The notes under the pieces were generated by a model, which worked only from the letters and a program-made list of their open reading frames with translations, ran no database searches and was not told where the DNA came from. From assembly GCA_937895465.1 (NCBI GenBank), contig CALAYY010000042.1, positions 1 to 45,318 of the forward strand: a DNA stretch of 45,318 nt. The letters are read 5' to 3'. The position numbers and the translations under genes are program-made. This DNA is from an uncultured Clostridia bacterium (GTDB taxonomy: Bacteria > Bacillota > Clostridia > Christensenellales > DUVY01). Every line of letters begins with the position of its first letter. Within the stretch, counting starts at the first letter, position 1. Shown here piece by piece: positions 8,218 through 17,109 of the stretch.

Positions 8218-8232
8218 TTTATCATCTCCAAA

Positions 8233-10008
8233 TTATAGTTTTGAATATTTATCTTTTTTGGTGTAATGAGTATGCAAAATATCGTGTGCCTTATGACTAC
8301 CAGGTTTTTCCAAATACTCTTTATACAACTCTATTACATCAGGATTTTGATGCGATTTTCTCAAATCCTTTTTAGCATCTATATTATACAATGCCTTGGC
8401 ACGCTCTGCTCTTACATCTATTGTTTCCAATGTTTCAGCACATATTACAGGCTGACCGCCGCCATTAACACAACCGCCTGTACAAGCCATAAATTCTACA
8501 AAAGCGTATTTTTCTGGATTTTGTTTTATTCTTTCAAACATTTGGGGAAAATTAACTGCACCGTGAACAACGGCTATGGTAAGCTTATTTCCTGCTATTT
8601 CAAGTTCAGCTTCTTTTATGCCCTCGCCTGCGCCTCTAATGACTCCAAAATCCACATCAGTGTAATCCTTATTTTCTAATATATCTCTTACACTTCTAAG
8701 TGCAGCTTCCATAACTCCGCCCGTTGCTCCAAATATAACACCAGCACCGGTATATTTTGCAAGAGGACTTGAAGGTATAGTATCTTCTAAAGCCCTAAAG
8801 TCAATATCACATCTTTTTATCATACGTGCTAATTCACGTGTAGTAAGAACATAATCTACGTCTCTTACACCGTCGGCTTCCATTTCAGGACGCTTTGCTT
8901 CAGACTTTTTAGCTATACAAGGCATTACAGAAACAACTCTTATCTTATCTTTATCAATATTTAACTTAGCCGCATAATAATGCTTTGTCAATGCTCCGTG
9001 CATCTGTTGAGGAGATTTACATGTTGATAAATTAGGTAAAAATTCAGGATAATATTGTTCTATATATCTTATCCATCCAGGTGAACAGGATGTAAACAAA
9101 GGCAAGGCTTTTTTGTCGCCGTTTTTAAAACTTTTAAACCTTTCTATAAATTCTGTGCCTTCTTCCAATATAGTTACATCTGCGCTGTAATTGGTATCGG
9201 TTACGTCATCAAATCCAAGCTGATTTAGCGCACTGTAAAGTTTGCCTTCAACATTAGTGCCGATAGGATAATCAAACTCTTCTCCCAAAGCAGCTCTAAC
9301 ACTGGGCGCAATTTGTACTACTGTATAATATTGTTTGCTGTCAAGAAGATCCAAAACATCGTCAATTTGCTCTCTTTCTCTCAAAGCACCGACTGGGCAT
9401 GCCTGAATACATTTACCACAATAAATACATCCGCTGTCATCAATATTATGATTTTGGGCTGTACTTACATAAGTACCAAAACCGCGGTCGTTATAATCCA
9501 AAACTGCTGTTCCTGCAAGCTTTTGGCAGGCTGAAACGCATCTGCCACACAAGATACACTTAGAACTATCAAGCACTATTGAGTCAGAAATATTTACTAT
9601 GTAGTTCTTCTTTTTAAAATGTGCTTGTTCGCCTATATGATTGTCAATATTATATTTTCTCAAAAGATATAAAAATTCACAATTTCTTTCTCTAGGACAC
9701 TTCCAGCATTCAAATCTGTGATTAGCTGCTAAAAGCATAAGATTTTTCTTTACTGACCTTTTGACTCGTTCGGTATTAGTTTTTACAACCATATTGTTTT
9801 GCACTTTTATAGTGCAGGAATTTTTTAAGGTACGCATTCCCTCTATTTCTACAACACAAACACGGCAAGCTGATGTCTCATTGATATTTTTTAAAAAGCA
9901 AAGTCTGGGTATATTGATACCTATTGCTTTTGCCGCTTGCAAAACTGTATAACTTTCGGGTACGGTAACAACTTTTCCATCTATATATAAAGTTACGTTA
10001 TTCATCAT
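8233..10008 (-). CDS. hydA: [FeFe]-hydrogenase catalytic subunit (M3 architecture, HydA of a HydABC-type enzyme)
   Basis: N-terminal plant-type 2Fe-2S domain (CRVCVVEI). Two ferredoxin-like motifs (CILCGRCVSAC, CIYCGKCIQACP). H-cluster motifs are L1 FTSCSPGW (variant), L2 MPCIAKKSE and L3 EFMACTGGCVNGGGQP. Confidence 0.9.
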   Translation of the reverse strand: MMNNVTLYIDGKVVTVPESYTVLQAAKAIGINIPRLCFLKNINETSACRVCVVEIEGMRTLKNSCTIKVQNNMVVKTNTERVKRSVKKNLMLLAANHRFECWKCPRERNCEFLYLLRKYNIDNHIGEQAHFKKKNYIVNISDSIVLDSSKCILCGRCVSACQKLAGTAVLDYNDRGFGTYVSTAQNHNIDDSGCIYCGKCIQACPVGALREREQIDDVLDLLDSKQYYTVVQIAPSVRAALGEEFDYPIGTNVEGKLYSALNQLGFDDVTDTNYSADVTILEEGTEFIERFKSFKNGDKKALPLFTSCSPGWIRYIEQYYPEFLPNLSTCKSPQQMHGALTKHYYAAKLNIDKDKIRVVSVMPCIAKKSEAKRPEMEADGVRDVDYVLTTRELARMIKRCDIDFRALEDTIPSSPLAKYTGAGVIFGATGGVMEAALRSVRDILENKDYTDVDFGVIRGAGEGIKEAELEIAGNKLTIAVVHGAVNFPQMFERIKQNPEKYAFVEFMACTGGCVNGGGQPVICAETLETIDVRAERAKALYNIDAKKDLRKSHQNPDVIELYKEYLEKPGSHKAHDILHTHYTKKDKYSKL

Positions 10009-10015
10009 TTTACTC

Positions 10016-11848
10016 CTATGCCAAAATTATTGCGTCAACAGGACAGGATTGCTTACACAAGTTGCATTTTGTACAACGTGAAGAATCAATTTTGTGCAGC
10101 TTTTTAACTTCACCGCTAATAGCCTGAGCGGGACAATTACGCTTACATTTGCCACAGCCAATACATTTGTCTGTTACATAATATTTGATAAGTGCTTTAC
10201 ATACTTTGGTAGGACATTTTTTATCCACCACATGAGCTATATATTCGTCCCTAAAATTAGCCAAAGTTGAAAGTATCGGATTAGGTGCTGATTGTCCAAG
10301 CGCACACAAAGCAGAATCTTTTATATATAAGGCAAGCTCTTCTAACTCGGTTATATCTTCCATTGTGCCGTTGCCCGAACTGATTTTTTCCAAAATCTCC
10401 AGCATTCTTTGAGTACCCTCTCTGCAAGGCGTACATTTTCCGCATGATTCTTCTACTGTAAACTTTAGATAAAATTGAGCCACATCAACCATACAGTTGT
10501 CTTCATCCATAACAATCATTCCGCCGCTGCCCATCATTGAGTTAAGATTGATAAGATTGTCATAGTCAATAGGTGTATCAAGGTGTGCTTCAGTGAGACA
10601 TCCGCCCGAAGGTCCGCCTGTCTGGACTGCCTTAAACTTTTTGCCGTTAGGGATTCCGCCGCCTATACCGTAAATAACATCTCTTAAAGTTGTTCCCATC
10701 GGCACTTCCAAAAGACCTGTATTATTAATTTTTCCGCCCAAAGCAAACACCTTAGTGCCTTTGGATTTTTGGGTTCCCATTGAAGAAAACCATTTTTCGC
10801 CCTTTAATATTATTACAGGAATATTAGCATAAGTTTCTACATTGTTTATGATTGAGGGCTTTCCCCAAAGTCCTTTATCAGCAGGGAAAGGAGGCTTGTT
10901 ACGGGGCATTCCTCGTTCGCCTTCTATTGATGCTATAAGTGCTGTTTCTTCTCCGCACACAAAAGCACCTGCTCCAAGTCTTAATTCAAGATCAAAATTA
11001 AACTTAGTTCCAAAGATGTTTTGACCTAATAAGCCAGCTTTATATGCTTGAGCTATCGCATGGTTTAATCTTTCTACTGCCAAAGGATATTCCGCTCTGA
11101 TATATATATATCCTTGAGATGCGCCTATTGAATAACCGCCTATTGCCATAGCTTCTATTACGCTGTGGGGGTCGCCTTCTAAAACCGCTCTATCCATAAA
11201 CGCACCGGGGTCTCCCTCATCTGCATTACATATTATATATTTTTGGTCGGCATTATTTTTGGCACATAAGCTCCATTTTAGTCCAGTAGGAAATCCTCCG
11301 CCGCCTCTGCCTCTAAGCCCTGATTCTTTTATAATATGTATAACCTCGTCAGGAGTCATTTCTGTTAGAGCTTTTCCCAAAGCCTTGTAACCGTCATAGC
11401 ATATATATTCGTTGATGTCCTCAGGATTAATTACTCCGCAATTACGAAGAGCAATTCTTGTTTGGCTTAAAACGCCGTCAGTTTTCTTGAAGTTTTCAAT
11501 ACTAAGTGTTTGAACAGAGTATCCCAAACAAAGATGGTTTTCCACAATCTTTTTGGCACCTTCAATATTTACCTTGCAATAGGTCGTTTTGTTTCCGTTA
11601 AAATCTATAACCTCAACCAAAGGCTCCAATGCACATTCACCTACACAGCCTACAGGAATAAGGTCAACATTGTCTAAGTTTTTTAAAGCAATCTCTTGCC
11701 TTAATGTATCAAAAACCTCTTTTGCTCCTGCGGTAATTCCGCAAGTAGCCATACCTACAACAACTCGATAACCTTTTTTGTTGTTTTGAGGCATAATCTT
11801 TTCTTCAGTAAGAGTTTTTGCGTTATTCAAGTAATCTAAAGTTATCAT
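10016..11848 (-). CDS. hydB: NuoF-like NAD(P)H-binding flavoprotein subunit of the hydrogenase (HydB)
   Basis: GRGGGGFPTGLKW (FMN/NADH site). ESCGKCTPCREG (N3-type 4Fe-4S). N-terminal thioredoxin-like 2Fe-2S segment. Two C-terminal CxxCxxCxxxCP motifs (CIGCGKCKRNCP, CTKCNLCKQSCP). SD GGGAGA. Confidence 0.9.
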   Translation of the reverse strand: MITLDYLNNAKTLTEEKIMPQNNKKGYRVVVGMATCGITAGAKEVFDTLRQEIALKNLDNVDLIPVGCVGECALEPLVEVIDFNGNKTTYCKVNIEGAKKIVENHLCLGYSVQTLSIENFKKTDGVLSQTRIALRNCGVINPEDINEYICYDGYKALGKALTEMTPDEVIHIIKESGLRGRGGGGFPTGLKWSLCAKNNADQKYIICNADEGDPGAFMDRAVLEGDPHSVIEAMAIGGYSIGASQGYIYIRAEYPLAVERLNHAIAQAYKAGLLGQNIFGTKFNFDLELRLGAGAFVCGEETALIASIEGERGMPRNKPPFPADKGLWGKPSIINNVETYANIPVIILKGEKWFSSMGTQKSKGTKVFALGGKINNTGLLEVPMGTTLRDVIYGIGGGIPNGKKFKAVQTGGPSGGCLTEAHLDTPIDYDNLINLNSMMGSGGMIVMDEDNCMVDVAQFYLKFTVEESCGKCTPCREGTQRMLEILEKISSGNGTMEDITELEELALYIKDSALCALGQSAPNPILSTLANFRDEYIAHVVDKKCPTKVCKALIKYYVTDKCIGCGKCKRNCPAQAISGEVKKLHKIDSSRCTKCNLCKQSCPVDAIILA

Positions 11849-11879
11849 TTATATCTCCCGTATCCAAAATGTAAACAAT

Positions 11880-12359
11880 TTACGCTTTTAAGGCTTCTTC
11901 TATTGCTTTTTTTGCTATATCTTTGTTAGCAGCACCATAAACTTTTTCGTCAATCTTAAATACCGGTGCAAGACCGCAAGCACCTATACAGCGCGTGTTT
12001 TCCAAAGTAAACATGCCGTCAGACGATGTTTCACCCGGATTGATATGCAGCAAATCCTGTATTTGTTCCAATATTTCCTTTGCACCTTTAACATAGCAAG
12101 CAGTTCCAAGACAAACACTTATAACATGCTTTCCTTTGGGCTCAGTTGTAAAATTGGAATAAAAGGTAACAACACCGTTTATTTTGGCAACAGATTCATT
12201 GAGTTCTTCTGAAATAATCTTCTGCACTTCAATGGGTATGCATCCAAAAATATGCTGAGCGTCATGTAAAGACGGCATCAGCGGTCCGGGTTTTTGCTTA
12301 TGTTGTGCAATACATTGTTTTAGCATTGCAACCTTTTCTTCATCCAAAACAAACTTCAT
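11880..12359 (-). CDS. hydC: NuoE-like [2Fe-2S] subunit of the hydrogenase (HydC)
   Basis: CLGTACYVKG ... CIGACGLAP four-Cys pattern of the NuoE/HoxE family. About 160 aa and first gene of the cluster. Confidence 0.85.
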   Translation of the reverse strand: MKFVLDEEKVAMLKQCIAQHKQKPGPLMPSLHDAQHIFGCIPIEVQKIISEELNESVAKINGVVTFYSNFTTEPKGKHVISVCLGTACYVKGAKEILEQIQDLLHINPGETSSDGMFTLENTRCIGACGLAPVFKIDEKVYGAANKDIAKKAIEEALKA

Positions 12360-12623
12360 ACTAGTCCCCTTGTAAATAATAATTATTAGATTAGCAAATA
12401 TATAAAAGATATGAAATAATATTGCTAATATATTAACTAAAGAAAGTATAACAAAATTATTTTAAGAAGTCTAATAAATTGTCATATTTTAACTAATTGT
12501 TATTGATTATAAATAAAGTTATCAATTAAGTTGTCATATATTGATAATTAAAAATAAAAATTTGAAAATAAAAAATAAATTTATTAACAATAATTCAAAG
12601 TTTAATACTATATTAACGATATA

Positions 12624-12652
12624 AATAAAAAAGTGCCAAAGATTCGGCACTT
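12624..12652 (-). terminator. Rho-independent terminator after the phosphoglucomutase gene
   Basis: On the minus strand, AAGUGCC-GAAUCUUU-GGCACUU is followed by UUUUUUAUUU. Confidence 0.8.
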
Positions 12653-12676
12653 TAATTAAACAACCTTTAATTTATT

Positions 12677-14344
12677 TTAGGAAAAATACTTTAATGCAGC
12701 GTTAAGCAAGTCTTCTGAAAAGCCTTTTAGTCTTGAAGGACTTTCGGCTTGGCATAATACATAGATTTTTAACTTAGGCTCGGTACCAGAAGGTCTTATC
12801 AAAACCTTGCCCCCATCTACAATCAGACTCAAAACATTGGAAGAAGGCAAGCCTTCTATACCTTTTTGATAATCCTTGAACTGCTTTATTTCATATTTGC
12901 CTAAAGCAGCAGGCGAATTGTTTCTGATAGCTTCTATTTTTTCGTTCATTTCCTTAATGCCTTGCATTCCCTTAAATTCTATACTCTTAAGTAGATTGGC
13001 ATTATAGCCGTAACACTCATAAATTTCTTCCAATCTATCTATAAGAGTTTTTTGCTGACAAAGATAATGCTGAGCCATTTCCGCAACAAGCATAGCAGCA
13101 ACTACACCGTCTTTATCTCTTACATATGCTCCTGCCATATAGCCGTAGCTTTCTTCAAATGCTAAGATAAAATTATCAAGCTCGTTTTGCTTTTCTATAA
13201 CGCCCAACTTCTCACCTATAAATTTAAACCCTGTTAAAACATCATAAACTTTGGCATTATAGTCTTTTGCAATCTCATATATAAGGTCAGTTGTAACAAT
13301 AGTCTTAATAATAAAGGGTTTTGAAGGCAACTTTCCCAATCTCTTTTTCTCGCTCAAAAGATAATCGGTCAGCAAAATACCGACTTCATTACCTGTCAAT
13401 AATTTTATTTTACCTTTTTGACGCACACCTATGCCCAATCTGTCGCAATCGGGGTCAGTAGCCAAGATCAAATCGGCATTCTTTTTGTCAGCTAGTTTTA
13501 TAGCAAGAGCTAATGTCTCAGCAGCCTCTGGATTAGGATAAGGACAGGTTTCAAAATTGCCGTCAGGCAATTCTTGTTCTGGAACAATATTTACATTTTG
13601 AAAGCCTCGCCTTCTCAAAATGTCTGTTACTGGGATATATCCTGTACCATTTAGAGGAGTATAAACTATCTTGATGTCTTTTGGCTGATTATCGCTTACA
13701 GAACAGCTTATGACATTATCCATAAAGCTTTCATAAACATTACTATCTATATAATTGATTATTCCTTGATTAAGATAGTTTTCAAATGTATCTGTCTTAA
13801 TTGAAAAGATGTCTTGTATTGCGTCTATTCTTTGCAAAACGGCTTCACTTGCCTCTAATGTCAATTGGCATCCATCCGAACCATAAACCTTATAACCGTT
13901 ATAGGCTTTGGGGTTATGAGAAGCTGTGACCATAATTCCTGCATCACATTTTAAACTTCTTACAGCAAAAGATAATAGCGGTGTCGGATTGAGAGTAGAA
14001 AAGATATGAACTTTTATTTTCAGGCTAGAAAAAACCTCAGCAGCGGCATGAGCAAACTCATAAGAAAAGTTACGTGAATCATAGGATATGGCAATAGATG
14101 GATTATCATTATTAGAAACAATGTACTCACCAAGCCCATAAGACGCTTTTTTTACGGTATAAATATTCATACGGTTGCTGCCGCTTCCAATAATGCCTCT
14201 TAATCCCCCTGTTCCAAATTCCAGCGATTTATAAAATCTATCCTTTATTTCATTTTCATCATTTTGTGCAGCCTCAAGGTCTTTTTTCCAAAATCCTTTA
14301 ACATGTTTCAGCCAAAGCTGATTTTGTTCAAAAATATTGTTCAA
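12677..14344 (-). CDS. pgcA: Phosphoglucomutase/phosphomannomutase (alpha-D-phosphohexomutase family)
   Basis: Phosphoserine loop TASHNP, Mg loop DPDCDR, sugar loop FEESYG and phosphate loop RPSGTEPKLK. TTG start with AAGGAG 8 nt upstream. Confidence 0.88.
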   Translation of the reverse strand: MNNIFEQNQLWLKHVKGFWKKDLEAAQNDENEIKDRFYKSLEFGTGGLRGIIGSGSNRMNIYTVKKASYGLGEYIVSNNDNPSIAISYDSRNFSYEFAHAAAEVFSSLKIKVHIFSTLNPTPLLSFAVRSLKCDAGIMVTASHNPKAYNGYKVYGSDGCQLTLEASEAVLQRIDAIQDIFSIKTDTFENYLNQGIINYIDSNVYESFMDNVISCSVSDNQPKDIKIVYTPLNGTGYIPVTDILRRRGFQNVNIVPEQELPDGNFETCPYPNPEAAETLALAIKLADKKNADLILATDPDCDRLGIGVRQKGKIKLLTGNEVGILLTDYLLSEKKRLGKLPSKPFIIKTIVTTDLIYEIAKDYNAKVYDVLTGFKFIGEKLGVIEKQNELDNFILAFEESYGYMAGAYVRDKDGVVAAMLVAEMAQHYLCQQKTLIDRLEEIYECYGYNANLLKSIEFKGMQGIKEMNEKIEAIRNNSPAALGKYEIKQFKDYQKGIEGLPSSNVLSLIVDGGKVLIRPSGTEPKLKIYVLCQAESPSRLKGFSEDLLNAALKYFS

Positions 14345-14545
14345 TTTGATTCTCCTTATCTACCAAAAATTACAAATTAGTTACAAACATAAGTATTATA
14401 TATTAATAACTAATCTTTGTAAATAAAATCCGTTACATGCCATATTTCTTTAAAAAAGCACTGTTATGACACAACTTAAAGTTTTTGCATATTTGGCATT
14501 TACATTTTAATAAAAATTTGATAAAATAAAATATATTATGTAATT

Positions 14546-14621
14546 GGGCGATTAACTCAGTTGGGAGAGTGTCATCTTGACGTGGTGAAAGTCGAGGGTT
14601 CGAGTCCCCCATCGCCCACCA
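14546..14621 (+). tRNA. tRNA-Val (anticodon GAC)
   Basis: 76-nt cloverleaf folded by hand. Acceptor stem GGGCGAT/ATCGCCC, D stem ACTC/GAGT, anticodon stem TCATC/GGTGA with loop TTGACGT, T loop TTCGAGT (one A-C mismatch in the T stem) and encoded CCA. Confidence 0.85.
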
Positions 14622-14667
14622 TCTTACTTTAACATCTTACGCCTGCAAAAGAAAATTATGTGATATT

Positions 14668-15411
14668 ATGAAAAACGAACAACCAAAATCTTTTTTAAAG
14701 CGTGTGCTAGGTACTTTTTCTGTTGTCGGATATATCCTTTTGATATGCACTCTAGGGCTTCTTTGTTATTTCCTTATAAGCAGTAAAATTAATAATAGAG
14801 TTCCTGTACTGGGAGGTTATTCATTTTTAAAGGTTGTTACCAAAAGTATGGAGCCAGAACTAAAAGCAGGTCAGTACATTTTGGTAAAGGAAGTTGATAC
14901 CAACAATTTAAAGGTCGGCGATGTTATATCATATTATTATACGCTGTCTGACCTTCAAAAAAAAGAGCTGGGTGTAAATGAAAACAAAATAGTAATAACT
15001 CATAGAGTTAAGGAGGTTTGGATAGATCCCAGCACAAATGCTGTTATAGGATTAAAAACCAAAGGAGATAACAATATTTTAGAGGATAGTTGGAGTGTCA
15101 AGCCTGAACAGGTTATAGGCAAATATGATCTGACACATCCAGTAATTGTAAAAATCTTAAGTTTTTTTAGCAATCCTCTGGGCATGATTATTCTGGTTAT
15201 ATTCCCTTTAAGTCTAATACTTGTTTCAGACATCGTGAGTTTGTTTAAAGTAATAAACGAAAAAGAAGATGATGATTATTACGATGATGATGAAATCTTA
15301 GATGATGACGACGATGATGAATTTGGGAACTTTAATTATGGAAATGATGAACAATTTGACGAATATACATATCAGCACAAATATATAGACTATTACAACG
15401 ACGATGATTAA
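14668..15411 (+). CDS. Signal peptidase I, SipW-like (S26B), with an acidic D/Y-rich C-terminal tail
   Basis: N-terminal TM helix, catalytic Ser box (VTKSMEPELKAG), His box (ITHRV) and a second TM helix. A ~45-aa tail follows (DDDYYDDDEILDDDDDDEFGNFNYGNDEQFDEYTYQHKYIDYYNDDD). Confidence 0.75.
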   Translation: MKNEQPKSFLKRVLGTFSVVGYILLICTLGLLCYFLISSKINNRVPVLGGYSFLKVVTKSMEPELKAGQYILVKEVDTNNLKVGDVISYYYTLSDLQKKELGVNENKIVITHRVKEVWIDPSTNAVIGLKTKGDNNILEDSWSVKPEQVIGKYDLTHPVIVKILSFFSNPLGMIILVIFPLSLILVSDIVSLFKVINEKEDDDYYDDDEILDDDDDDEFGNFNYGNDEQFDEYTYQHKYIDYYNDDD

Positions 15412-15459
15412 AGTCGAGTTGATACAATATAAAAGAAAAATAAAAAGGAAGGGACACAT

Positions 15460-16404
15460 ATGCATATTGAGTTATTAAAACTTAATCCAGTCGTTAAAGA
15501 TTATATCTGGGGCGGCAAAAAGTTAAAGAGTGTTTGGAATAAGAAAGGCGGGGAAAGAATTGCTGAGACTTGGGAGTTATCGCTTCATCCTGACGGCTTA
15601 ACTAAGGTTGAAGGCGGAAGTTATGACGGTAAAACATTAAAAGAGCTGTTAGATGTTTGGCCTGTTGAAAAGTCTATCGGAAAAAGCGCATCTTTGTTTC
15701 CAATGTTTCCTATGATTGTAAAATTGCTTGATACAAGTGATAAGCTGTCAATTCAAGTTCATCCTAATGATGATTATGCTCATAAACATGAAAACCAATT
15801 TGGCAAGAATGAGGCATGGTATATACTAGAGGCTGAAGAGGGAGCAGGTGTTTATCTGGGATTTAAAGAAAAGGTTACTAAAGACCGTGTAAAACAGAGC
15901 ATTGAGGACGGCACTTTATTGGATTTGATGCAATTCTATCCTGCAAAGCCCGGCAATGTGTTTTATATTCCGGCAGGAACAGTCCATTCTTTGGGTGCTG
16001 GACTTACTGTTGCCGAAATACAGCAAAACTCTAATGTCACTTACAGATTGTTTGATTATAATCGTCCAGGAAAAGACGGACAACCCCGTGAACTTCATAT
16101 TGATCAAGCTCTTGAAGTTGCCAATCTTAATCCTTATGATGTGGAAATACCTAAAATTGAGAAAAGATTACTTAGACAAATAACTACTGACAGATATTTT
16201 AAGGTAAAAGAAATAACAAGTTCTGGCATTTATAAAAGAAAGATAGACGATATCTTTTGCGCCATATTATTCTTGGATGGGAACGGCGAAATAACTGACA
16301 GCATAACCAAATATGATTTCAAAAAAGGCGATGCATATTTTGTGCCTGCAGGATTGCCCTTTAAAATCACGGGCGATGCAAGATTCTTGGAAATTTCTGT
16401 TTAA
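15460..16404 (+). CDS. manA: Mannose-6-phosphate isomerase, class I
   Basis: Motifs QVHPND, NEAWYIL and YIPAGTVHSLG. About 315 aa, the Firmicute type. SD AAGGAAGGG. Confidence 0.85.
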   Translation: MHIELLKLNPVVKDYIWGGKKLKSVWNKKGGERIAETWELSLHPDGLTKVEGGSYDGKTLKELLDVWPVEKSIGKSASLFPMFPMIVKLLDTSDKLSIQVHPNDDYAHKHENQFGKNEAWYILEAEEGAGVYLGFKEKVTKDRVKQSIEDGTLLDLMQFYPAKPGNVFYIPAGTVHSLGAGLTVAEIQQNSNVTYRLFDYNRPGKDGQPRELHIDQALEVANLNPYDVEIPKIEKRLLRQITTDRYFKVKEITSSGIYKRKIDDIFCAILFLDGNGEITDSITKYDFKKGDAYFVPAGLPFKITGDARFLEISV

Positions 16405-16416
16405 AATTGAACATTT

Positions 16417-16454
16417 AAAAAAATTAAGACCGTTTTAAAAACGGTCTTTTTTTA
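16417..16454. terminator. Bidirectional rho-independent terminator between convergent manA and queH
   Basis: Stem AAGACCGT (16426-16433) pairs with ACGGTCTT (16441-16448). An A-run lies 5' and a T-run 3'. Confidence 0.8.
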
Positions 16455-16457
16455 ATA

Positions 16458-17003
16458 TTATTGGGCTTTTTTGGAAAACTTTTGCAAGATTGTTTCGTTA
16501 TATGAAACAATACATCCGCAATACTTCTGACGGTACAGACCCAAATCTTTGGCTTCTTGCTGACCTTGTCTATATCCTGTTCTAAAATCCTCATAATAAA
16601 AAGGGATACCTACCTGATTCCCTATTTTCTCTCCCAAAGATTTTATCAAATCATGATTTTGATACGGACTGACTAGAAGGCTGGTAGTATAGGAATCAAA
16701 GCCGTTATCAAGAGCATATTTTGCCGCAAGCTGCAATCTCAGACTATAACACATCTGGCAACGCTCTTCTGTTGTGCCTTTAAATGTCTCCCATTCTGAC
16801 TGCATAAATCCGTCAATAAATTCTACAGGAATATCAGATTGTTTAGAGAATTGCTCTAAGGTTGTCCGTCTTTTTTGGTATTCTTCTATTGGATGGATGT
16901 TTGGGTTGAAAAACAATCCAAAAACTTCGTTTTTATTTTCAAGAAGTTTTTTTGAAGGATAAACTGCGCAAGGAGCGCAACACATGTGCATTAATATCTT
17001 CAT
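16458..17003 (-). CDS. queH: Epoxyqueuosine reductase QueH (DUF208)
   Basis: N-terminal HMCCAPC motif, C-terminal YCGC cysteines, and ~180 aa size typical of QueH. Confidence 0.8.
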   Translation of the reverse strand: MKILMHMCCAPCAVYPSKKLLENKNEVFGLFFNPNIHPIEEYQKRRTTLEQFSKQSDIPVEFIDGFMQSEWETFKGTTEERCQMCYSLRLQLAAKYALDNGFDSYTTSLLVSPYQNHDLIKSLGEKIGNQVGIPFYYEDFRTGYRQGQQEAKDLGLYRQKYCGCIVSYNETILQKFSKKAQ

Positions 17004-17109
17004 AATTTACTCCGTATATAACTATAAGCCCAAAATCATTAGATTGTCAACAAGGTTATCTATGGAAAATTTTAGACAATTCTTATAAAATAGTCTTTTG
17101 GGGCTTGTT

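Noticed and set aside
12589-12600. A Rex-type operator half-site (TTAACAA) upstream of the hyd operon.
   Set aside because: The partner half-site TTGTTAA is not present at the required spacing. A lone 7-mer is expected by chance in this composition.
17004-17109. A possible preQ1 riboswitch upstream of queH.
   Set aside because: I read the minus-strand leader and found only a TTGACA/TATAGT-type promoter and an SD. There is nothing resembling the preQ1-I/II consensus.
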